64,000 nucleotides of DNA from Ruditapes philippinarum (taxonomy: Eukaryota): the NCBI RefSeq assembly GCF_026571515.1, contig NW_026852073.1, forward strand, positions 124,001-188,000. The letters are read 5' to 3'. Both the position numbers and the translations under genes were made by a program. The notes below the pieces were generated by a model. The model was not told the DNA's origin, searched no databases, and was given only the letters and a program-made list of their open reading frames with translations. Position 1 is the stretch's first letter, and every line of letters starts with the position of its first letter. Shown here piece by piece: positions 49,001 through 61,000 of this stretch.

Positions 49001-52000
49001 TTGGCTTTTGATATGTCAATACAAAATTTTCTATCCATGACTACCCTACTAATCAATGACATGATTAAAGTATTAAATAGAAATCTATAAAGATAAAAAA
49101 AAATTATCATTTCTTTCTGATTTCAGTATGAAGTTTAAATGTTCATTCTATGACACATAAATGAGCCGCGTCACGACAAAACCAACATATTAGGTTGGCG
49201 ACCAGCATCCGCTCAGTCTGATCAGGATCCATGCTGTTCGCTTACAAACCCTATTACAAGTAGAGAAACTGATAGCAAACAGCATGGATCCTGATCAGAC
49301 TGCGCGGATGCGCAGGCTGGTCTGGATCCATGCTGGTCGCAAACCCATTATGTTGGTTTTGTCAAAACGCGGCTCATATATATTTATAGGACTTGATAGG
49401 TTGATACAAAATTATCAAGAACAAGCACAAGGGCTACCAACACATTTGACACAGTTCTGTAAATGTAAGCCTCCGCCAGACGAACAGAGATACAGTGGCT
49501 TTACCAACCTTCTACACAGGGCGGTTCTAGAAAGTAAGTCATTGTCTTACATATAAATGTAAAACTGATGTTTAAAGATGAGCTGTACTTGATTGATTGA
49601 TTGATTTATTGATCAGCTGGATTTAATTGGACATACATATTTGATTTTAATGTAAAACTGATATATAAGAATGATCTGCATTTGATTGATTGATTGATTG
49701 ATCAATTGATTGATCGATCAATTGGATTTAGATGAACATATTTGATTTAAACCTGTTCTAGAAAATAAATCATCTTGATTCATCTAATATATATGTGTAA
49801 AACTGATGTATAACAATGAGCCCCTATTGGATTTATTGATTGGTATTATCAGATTATATATCTGCTGCAAGTAATTTATAAAATTATAATTTGAATTTCG
49901 AAAAGGTATAATTCCAAAATACGTGAAAGAAATTTATTTGTATATTTTATTGAAATTCAATTGCCCATACACAAAATGACTCTTAAAATCGTATTTTTAA
50001 ATGACAGAATATGTATGTTCATGCGTTTTATAATACACATTAGGCAAATTTAAGATCATCATAATTATTTTCATAAAATCTTTGTTTCATATCAGATATT
50101 CCGGACGTAGTGAAGCAAATTTTAGATAGCAAATACTGTCCATCAGTGAATGCCAAATCTGAATGGGGTAAGTACCAAACATTGTATACCGTTAAATTTG
50201 AGCTGCGCCATGACAAAAGCAACATAGTGCGTTTGTGACCAGCATAAATCCAGACCAGCCTGCGGATCTGCTCAAAATCTGATTTTGACCTGCTTGTCTG
50301 TTTTCATGTGAAGCATTATTAAACTTGTCCATATGTTATTTACATACCGGTAGTTAATTCTTGAAAATTTTCACTTGTCCATACAGGCTGCCGACAACCT
50401 GGGTGATAGGGACAATTGATTTTGCCGGCCCTACCATAAGTATGTCTGTACTACATAATATGGTAAAGGTTGTTGACATCAAACCACTGTTGGCTCGAAT
50501 CCTGCCAGGGAAAATGGATTCTTTTATGTGAGGAAGCTTTCCAGGTAGCTAATGGGATGTTCTTCAGGTGCCCTTTCGTGCCTGAGGGGCATCTGATGTC
50601 TTCCTCCACCATCAGAGCTTGAAAGTAGCCATAGGACTCTACTGTGTCATCGCAACATAAAACACACAAACAAGCCAAAAAACCTATAATATTTGTTGTG
50701 TTATGTAAAGCAGTGCACATTCTTTTTACAAGGAAATAACAACAATAAAAACTTGACTGAATAATAGGGAAAAGGAACAGAAAAATCACTTTGTTTCCTT
50801 AATATCAGTTTGAACATGTTGGATTATTAGCAATATTATTATTTGTATGACTTTCCTTAAAATTATTTTCATACAAAAATTTGTTGAGAGGAAGTGTATG
50901 CTGTCTTATATAATAAATGTAAGAAAAATATAGCAGATCTTCTTAAATGATGTCTTTAACTGTAAAAGTGCTTAATAACTTATAATGTACATTGTAGGTA
51001 TGACTGCGTTACATGATGCTTGTTACTATGGTTTTGAAGATATAGCTGATTTACTTATACGACATGGGGCCAATGTTAATTGCTTTGATAAAGATGGTCA
51101 AACGCCTCTACATGTACGTAGATTTTTTTCTTTTAACTTTGACCCAATCTTCCTAAATTATCTTCTTAACTATTAAATTATCTCCCGTTATTTTCGTATA
51201 CGTTTCAGAGATGTTATTATGTGCAACACTTAAATTATCTCCCTTTATGTAATATGTTTCAGAGAGGTTATACTTGCAATACTTATTAAATTAGCTCCCT
51301 TTATTTTTATGTTTCAAGATGTTGTATGTGCCACACTTATTAAATTATCTCCCTTTAAATTTCATGTTTCAGAGATGTTATACTTGCCACACTTATTAAA
51401 TTATCTCCCTTTATTTTACTTGTTTAGAAATATTGTACTTGCTACACTTATCAAATTATCTCCCTTTATTTTATATATCAGAGATGTTGCACAGGTAACA
51501 AGGCTGGTATTATATCTATACTGATACAAGAAGGAAATGCCAATGTGAATGAGAGGAACCCAAAGAGTGGTTGGATACCAATACATCAGGCTGCCTTCAA
51601 AGGATACCTAGACTGTATCAAGGTATTTTACTTATGATATCATATATCCTTCCTAGGTAACTTAAGATGACATATATCCTTCAAGGTAACTTATGGTGTC
51701 ATTTAACCTTTCTAGGTAACTTATGATGACATATATCCTTCAAGGTAAATGAGGGTGTCATATATCCTTCCTAGGTAACTTATGAAGTCATATATCATTC
51801 CTAGGTAACTTATGGTGTCGTAAATCCTTCTAGGTAACTTATGATGTCATATATCTTTCAAAGTAACTTAAGATGTCATATATCCTTCATAGGTAACTTA
51901 TGATGTCAAATATCCCTCAAGATAACTTATGATGCCATATATCATTCAAGGTAACTTATGATGTCATATGTCACTCCTAGGTAACTCATGATGTCATATA

Positions 52001-55000
52001 TATTTCTATGTAATTTATGATGTCATATATCCTTTCTATTCTAGGTAACTTATGGTGTTATTTATCCAGTAAGCTTACTTATGACATTAATTATCCAGCC
52101 AGTTTACTAATAGCGTCTGTTAGGTTGGGTTATTTATGACATTAATTATCCAGCCAGTTTACTTTTAGTATCTTATTATCATATCAATTTGTGATCTCTC
52201 ATAAGTAAAGTTGGAAAGACTCAATATAACCTTAAGCTGTGTTGGTGTGTCCTAAAAGTATATATATCTATACAGAATATAAACTTGTACAAAGCTTACT
52301 TGATCAACGTTATCACATTTTATCAGTTTTTTTGAAATTAGGATGAAACATTTAGATTTAAAGTCATCTTGGGATCATAGATAATTTTCAAAGTCAATAT
52401 CTGGTATTAAAAATACTTATTTATTGTGAGTATTTGTTAATATGTGGAAAGTCAGTGACAGACTCTGCGAGGACCGTAGCTCTATAAGATAGCATGTATG
52501 GCGTGTATGGCTTAATCAGAATCACATTAAAATCAATATAAAAAATATATGTGTCAGTCTACCATGTTTGAAAAAAGTCCTTAGTAAGCTGGGCGGGCTT
52601 GTGCTTGTTATGAAATTAAAGGGGCTTTCCGTGTCATAGGGAGCACCTACTTTCATATTATACATGTGCAAATCGTCGCTTTTAGTAACGATATATTTTT
52701 CATATTAGCCTAATAATTTTTTCATTCATTAACTTGCCTTGTAAAAAGGCTTAAAATTTATTGGGTTTGTTATCGCCCTACATTTGAGCGTATATTTCAG
52801 ATATTACTAGATTACCATTCTCCATACCTGCCTCGAGCAGATGACGATACCACGCCACTCGATCTTGCTGAAAACTACGAACACTCCGACTGTGTAACAG
52901 AAATAGGTATAACACTGTTTTAGATTCAATATGACATTTAAAGCAGCATGTCTCCAAATGCTTGCTGATTTTCATGAAAAATTTGAAAATTGATTTTAAA
53001 GTGTAAAATTGTGAAGTAACCATAAGGAAGCATTTTGCACATTATCAATGGCAATTACATCCCACGTTAATTACCAAAAAGAGGTCAAAATATGGAAAAA
53101 ATAGCACTTACTGTGATAGTAACGCAGTAGAAAAATATAGATATAAATACTGAAAAACCAGTTATTTAACACACATAACATGACAATAATTACTTGAAGC
53201 TTTAATATTTTACTTTTCCTAAAATCTTAGCACATTTTTCTCATGTTTGATTTTATTGAAATATTTTGGCTCATCTGGAGGCATGCAAGCTTAAACCCTA
53301 AAACCTGCTGAATTTCTATAATGGATTAGCCCTGCTTTGAATTTGGAACAGTCCATTCTGATGTTAAGGGATTTCAATATCAAAGTACAAAAATGAGCTA
53401 CAAACCAGAATTGTTGAACTGCACTGATGTAGTTAAATTATTAGTTATAACGATTTTTTTACAGGTTATATGACCCTATATAAATGGTTGTTTGGAAATA
53501 TAACCAGAGCTGCTAGGCAAGGCTTACATTGCAAACAACTATTTATATACAGCCATATAACATGTCGGGAATATTTATAACAAATTTATAATACAGCAAA
53601 CTTCCTTTTTTTTTTAAAAAAAAAAAGAGATTTCTTCTTAAATTAAGTTGCTGTGTATATAATGGAACTATTTGACTAATCAAAAGTGATCACCCACAAT
53701 GACTTATATTTCTGTGTTATTTGCTTTTTAGATCAATTTGAACAACCAAAAGTGATCACCCACAAGTATGATTGGTTTCATCCTGAGATAGATAGACCGG
53801 TAATATCTCTAATTTATTTATACTTGGCTAAATTTTAGGCTTAGACAAATATTAGTTCCAGTGAAAGGTTTGAAAAAGTAATGTTTTAGTTTCAGACCTT
53901 TATTTCTGTAATCCTAATAACATCATATTTACAATTTCTTTGGTTTTGTATGCTGATAATAGTATTTCAAAACTTGATTGAAATGATCAAATAAAGTTTG
54001 AAATACTAGCCTAAAGTGACATTATACTCATTGTATTGTTCCCAAGTCAAGCTGAATTGAATATATACGTGTTTAAAAAGATTTACTATTAAAATGGTCA
54101 TTTACTAATTATTGATAATTAAAAATATTAAGAATAAAATATAACAACTGCCCAAAATATAAAGACTGTCCCACTCTTTTTATCAATTGAACATTTATTA
54201 TACATTCTGAAAGGATGCATTCTGAAAGAATATTTGAGCAGCGTCATGACAAAACCAACATAGTGCGTTTGCGACCAGCATGAATCCAGACCAGCCTGCG
54301 CATCCAAGTAGTCTGATCAGGATCCATGCTGTTTGCTCACCAACTCTTTTACAGGAAGAGAAACTGATAGCGAACAGCATGGATCCTGATCAGACTGGGC
54401 GGATGTGCAGGCTGGTATGGATCCATGCTGGTCGAAAACGCACTATGTTGGTTTTGTCGTGACGCGGCTCATTTATAGAATTTCCTGTGTGTTATGAGGA
54501 TTATTGATTATGCACATGAATTAGACTATAAAATCGAAAACAATTATGGCGAAATTTGAAGTTATTTTGACTTGTGCACCCACCATTTACTCTTGGCTGG
54601 ACATAATGTTACTTTAAGGATAAAGTTGCCATTCCCTTGAAAAAGAAACAAAAATATCATTTGTTCTAAAACATTTTTTTTTTCTGGTGTGTAAAGGGTG
54701 TTTTTTTTCTGTGATTTTCAGGGAGCCCAAAAGTTGTTAGAGTTAAAAGGTCTGAGAGAAGGGCTGTTTCTTGTAAGAGGTAGCAAGAAAAACCTAGATT
54801 GGTATGTGCTTACGTTATGCCATGACCAAAAAGTGTTCAACTATGAAATCAAAACAAAGGTAAGCTATCTTTCACTTTTAATAGTGAACAGTGCACACAT
54901 TATGTAGTAGTCTAAATGGACTTGTTCATTTTGCAGTCTGGACAAAACTATTGATCATTTTTCAGGAGAAATATCCCAAATATGTACTGACCGAATAGTG

Positions 55001-58000
55001 AATAGTGCACACATTATCAGACAACACTGATGTACTGATCTGATCTGGGTTGGTACTGGTCACATGGGTAGAATTATTTAATGGTGATGATTAATTTCTT
55101 CATGACAATTCATCTTTCGGCATGGAGTCTGTAGTCATTTGACTCTCTCTACTGATAATAAACTGATGTAGAATTACTGATATGTTATCCAGGAAAGTGA
55201 GTTTGGTGAATCGACCACCGGGATCGGACCAAAAAATGCGTTTAAATCACCTTTAAAAAAAACAACAGAAAAAACAAATGGAAAACTAGTGTTTAAATGT
55301 GTTTTTTTTTTACATATTACAGAATTACAGAGATCGGCACATGTTCTTTATAGATGATGGACCATTTTATAAAAGTTTAGAACATCTTATACAGTACTAT
55401 AGTTACCATGCCAACGGTCTGCCATGTGCCTTAACAGTATCCGTAAATACAAGTAAGTATAGAGGAGTTGAAGTGCCATATTAGTATTTATTATATGGAG
55501 GGTTGACCACAAAATTGCAGTAAATTATATGAAATAAAGAAGGGCTAACAACAGTCTTGCAGTCAACCCTCGATATGGTTTTCAATGTGATATGAGCCGT
55601 CGGGTTAGCTCAATAGGTAAAGTGTTAGACTGTGAATCAGGTAACCCGGGTTCGATTCCCGGATTGTGCAGGTCATTTTCATTGTGATTGATAACGAAAT
55701 CGCACTGTACCTCTGCTCTGGCATGTACTGAAGTTTCAGTTCCTTGCCAAAGTGGATGCTACACTAATACTGGTAAACTGCTTGACAGCTTGTCCAGGAA
55801 CGATATGGTGGCTGAACTGTGCTCTGGTAAATTCAATGTGGATTACTTTTGTGATCCGAGATATAGAATGATATCAATGAGATATAAGTCATATCACATC
55901 ATTTGAAACTGAGTGAGATATAGAAGAAATTTTGTTCCCATTATAAACATTGAAACAAATAGAAAAGAAAAAAAAAGAATATCAGATATATAGCATCTCA
56001 AATGAGTTACCATATAATAAAAAAAGTTATTAAACAAGTTCAAAAAATTGTTGCAAAGCAAGTCTTTGGTGAGCTTTAGAACATTATCATGGAAATGTTA
56101 AATAGAATATTATTTTATATGACAATGAATGTGAGATTAATTTTTTTATCACATGACTAAATACATTGAAATTTTTAGATATTTTACCAGTGCTTTTCTA
56201 TATACATATTATATGAGTATAACACATACAATATAAGGAAATAAATGATGATTATAATACTTCGAAAACAAGCAATGTAATGAAATGATTTTTATGATGT
56301 CATGTCCTACAAATTCACATTCATGGAAATTCACCATGAAACCTTTACTGTAATGGTGTGACTTTAAAACCAACGGAACAATCTAACTTGTGTTACTAAA
56401 TATAGATTGTATTTGTTATCCAAATGTCTAAATAGTATCTCAGAACTTCATCGGGTATTTATTAATATGTGTGTGTTTGTTAATATGTGTATATTTGTTA
56501 CTATGTGTATATTTGAAACTATGTGTATATTTGAAACTTTGTGTAATTGTTTGTCTGGTTTGTGATTACAGCTAGAGAACTGGTACAAATATCAAAAGAC
56601 GATGAATACTTCAACTTGGTAGACACTTCAAACAGATACCCAAGTAAGTCTGTCTTAACTCTTAACCTCCTGAATTTGTATAATGGATTCATCATGCTTT
56701 AATTATGGAACAGTCCATTCTAAGCTTTAGGGCTTTTAATGTCCGAATATAAAATTGAGCTGCTAACTGGATAGAACCTAGATAGACTGCAAGGATGCGC
56801 AGGCTGGCCTTGCTATAATTATACTTGGCGGCAAGGGGCATCTGAGGCTTAGTGGTTAAACCACTTGCCCCTCAACGCTGTGGGCTCGAATCCTGACAGG
56901 GACTTTGGATTCTTTCATGTGAAGAAGCTATCCAGCCAGCTAACGGAATGTCAGTGATTCTACTCAGGTGCCCGTTTGTGCCTGAAAAAATGCAAGGAGG
57001 GGCACCTGAAGTCTTCCTCCACCATTAAAGCTGGAAGGACGCCATATGACCTATACTGTGGGACATAAAACCCAATCAAACAAACAAACAAAACTTGGCA
57101 GCAAAGATTTTTAGTCCCAGCAAAGTTAAGGTTATTTGTTTGTTTTAGCAAATCTTAGTTGACTTTGTTGTGCTTTGTTAAATCTTTAAGAATTATGAGC
57201 TAAAATTGAAATTTATATCATTGAAGTATATGTAACGCTTGAATTTATAATCAAGCAATAGACATTAATTCTGAGTGCATATTTGAGGAATAATGCATAT
57301 TTGAAGATTAATGCGGCATCTGTGGCCAAGTTGTTAAGGTTGTTGTTTTCAAACCACTTGCCCTTCACTGCTGTAGGTTCGAATCCCGCCAGGGACTTTG
57401 GATTATTTCATGAGAGAGAGCTATCCAGCTAGTTTACATAACATATGTGGTTTTACTCATAAAATAATGCACTTGAGTTCTTCCTCCATTAATGCGACAT
57501 AAAACCCAACCAAAAAGAAAAAAAGATGATAAATAATGCATGGTCTAAGTTATGAAAGGCAGTTAAGTGTAATCACAGAGGCATTTAGGAATGAGTGAAT
57601 AATTGCAATGAATTTGAATGATAAACCATAATATATAATAGGAAATTGGAATCTATATCCATGCTAACATGGTAATAGAAAAAGAAATTGATCATAGATT
57701 ATGTATGACTACATTGTGCACAGAGATAAATTTTCCTGATGCGTTATGGCTTATTGACATGCATCTGACATCATAGGGCATGAAAAACATTCCTTTCCTC
57801 ATTTTATGCATTACCAAGTTATAAGTCATCGGAATGACTGTGTAATAAGGAAATAATGTTGAGGGTGTGTAAAAATGTTAATTAATAACAATTTATTTTA
57901 TATGCAATATTGTAAGAAAGAGCACTTAAGTTTTAATAGTACTTGAAAAAAATTTTGCTTTATAAAATTGCTAATGATATCTTTTTAAAAGCTTTAATTT

Positions 58001-61000
58001 TTTATTTTTCTATGTATATTCAGAGAAACCTGAATTCTTATCTAATTATTGCATTTTTGTCTGTATTTTAGAATAATAATTTTAATCTGAGGATAACTCA
58101 TATGTTACTTTATTTGCTGTTGATTTCTTTTACAGCAAACGTATCACCAGCATTGCCACCACGACCCGAGTCTTTAGACATGACGTACACGGAAAGTGCC
58201 TCGGGCCCTGTGTCAAACAACGCCCATCAACATGCCCCACCAATGCCCCCGTCTCCAACACCACCCATGTCTAGTCCTCCGCCACCACCAAACCATGTAT
58301 GTATATAAGTACATAAGTAAGGTTCTATGTTTGTATTCATTTATAGGGCATGCCTCATGCTGAGTAAAATAAATCAGAATTGTCATAAGAATAATAAACA
58401 TGTTTATAGTTTAAGAAATGAATGATTAAGTATACCCAATCCAGGTGAAAAGGTGTTGTCAAAAATATGACAGAATTTACTATTTTTATCACTTAAATAT
58501 AACCTTTGATATTAATGGCCACTGATCACAGACAGCAAATAACCAATGTTTGCAGCCATTGATACAAAAATTTTCATAGAGTGTTGTGGGCAAGGTACCA
58601 GTATTTAGAAGTGAACTTACTAACAAGTTTGAATGTATCTGACTTAATGGAAATAGAGGATATTGAATGAGTGTAGGGTTTATAGAGTGAGGGATGTTGC
58701 ATTTTTTTATTATCGCTCATGTACAGACTCAATGAAACTGAGTCTGCAATTTTCATGTAATTTTGTTGAGATTAGTTTAGTTTATACAAATTTATTTTAG
58801 TTAGATTGTGTTGGAAGCTTTAAGCTTATTGAAACAGTCTCGAATCCGTTCCTGGAACCAACCAGTACTTAGCAATAAATGTAAAGTTTCTTGCTCAAGG
58901 AAACAACAGCCTGCCCCTGACTGGTCCGATGCTTTAACCACTTGGCCACGCCGCCATTCATATGTTGAGATTAATGCTTCCGAGGAATCACACTTTTTCC
59001 AGATTTTAATACAAAATTTATTAAACGAGTTGAATAAAATTATGTTATACAAATGTTTAGTCAAAATATATGTACAGCTGTGCAATATTCTTTTTAAGGA
59101 GTTGCAGAAGTGACATGGGTTTGTGATAAAATGCTATAATGAACTGATTCACTCATTAACTTCTGTGAGTAATATATGTGAGCCGCGTCACGACAAAACC
59201 AACATAGAGCATTTGCGACCAGCATGGATCCAGATCAGCCTGCGCATCCGCACAGTCTGATCACATCTCCATGCTGTTTGCTATCAGTTTCTCTACTTGT
59301 AATAGGGTTGGTGAGTGAACAGCATGGATCCTGATCAGACTCCTCGGATGCGCAGGCTGGTCTGGATCCATGCTTGTCGCAAAAGCACTATGTTGGTTTT
59401 GTTGTTACGTGGCTCATGTATAATTTTATCATGATTTTTCTTCAACAGCCACCACCTATCAGCAAACAGCAAAGTATTACAAAACAACCGGAGGTTTCAT
59501 TACGACAGATTGAAAGAAAACTCCTCTCATTAGGTAACTTACTTTAAAATAGTTGTTAGGGCTACCTTACTCAACATGAACAGACTCAATTAAACTGAGC
59601 CTGCAACATTTTCAATTTTACCGTTTTGGACTTTCTTCAGGGATACTTATTTTCTCTATTTTACTTTATATTTCATCTGGTTTTTTTTCTCAACTAAGAT
59701 TTAAGTTTCTCAATATTTATCATATGTCCAAGATAAGAACGGTTTACAGTTAAAAAGAGTCATTTTTCATTGACATGCCTATAGTGTATGCTGACATTAG
59801 CGAGCTGTAATGCTATGTTTGTAAATAACGCAAATGACATCACATCATATTGTTATTACACTAGAGTAATATTGCTTTTACCGAATTTCTTTATTACACT
59901 CCTGACCTGTGGTTTATGTGAAAAGGATTTTTATAATTTGTGAAATTTGATAGATACCGGATATATTCTACTTAAAATTGAGAATTTTTGGGTTATATTT
60001 TCATATGTGCTTCATAGTCTTGAAAATAATTCCAAATTTTGACTTCCTTGTTAAAAATACTCCATATTCACTGAAAACAAACAAAATTTAATACCCTTGT
60101 CATACTCATTAAAATTTGACTGTTTGTAATACACAATGTTGTCTTTTTTTGTGCAGGTAAAGAGATAGGGCAAGGTGAGTTCGGGTCTGTAGTGAAAGGT
60201 GTTTACAAGAAGAAAGGGACGGGAAGGGGGAAGACAGAGAAAACAGACGTAGCTATAAAATTGTTCCATAAAACAGCCATCAATAACCAGGAGGATTTTC
60301 TGAAGGAGGCTAGGACCATGCAACAATTAGAACACCCTTGTATTGTCAACTTTATTGGCATCGCAGAATCAGAAAACCATGAACTTATGCTGGTTCGTGA
60401 TTTTTACATTTTGAACGATATTTGCACCCTGATGGTTGACCGACCCTGGTGTTGCTTTGAAGTCTGTAACACCCGAGGTCAGCTGAAATAATTTTTTCTG
60501 TTTCCACCATATGACCTATACTGTGTTGGTGGACCGTAAAACCAAACAAACAATAACCTAGCACCCTCACGCAGTCAATATGTCAGTTATATTTAGTAAA
60601 CACACCTTTAAATTATTTTGTGTTGATTGTTCATTCCACCAATCCTATTTCATCTATTGCACAGGTATTCTTAATTAAACAGTCATGAGTATACTTGTAG
60701 TTTTATCTTAGTTATAACGATGCATTTCAGTCATATGATCAATTTTTATGTTTTTCCTTTTTTAGAATAAAATGAAAAATTTAGAGGAATCCTAAGGAGC
60801 CTCTGTGGTGGAGTGGAATCACTTGCTCCTCACCCATGTAGGTTCAAATTGAAAATTGTGTAGTTTTTTTTTATGTAAGGAAGTTATTCAGCTACCTTAC
60901 TTAGGTGCCCCCCCCCCCCCCCCCCCCCCCGTCATTCATGCCAGAAGTAATGCGCATAGGTATTTGTGGTCTTCATCTCCAGAAAACTAGAATAGTTGTT

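Noticed and set aside
49284-49389. ORF start [20 protein letters not shown] (also 54280-54462, 54198-54380)
   Set aside because: Translation of the MITE, not a gene.
51154-52065. CRISPR-like appearance of regular repeats (also 12280-12520, 43570-44035, 63436-63648)
   Set aside because: Head-to-tail units without unique spacers, no cas genes, eukaryotic intronic or coding context.
55597-55675. Possible tRNA gene (GTG anticodon-like loop)
   Set aside because: Stems do not pair properly and the sequence continues into a repeat body; treated as a SINE head. tRNAscan-SE would decide.
60908-60930. Poly-C run
   Set aside because: Homopolymer expansion inside a degenerate SINE; no further significance evident.
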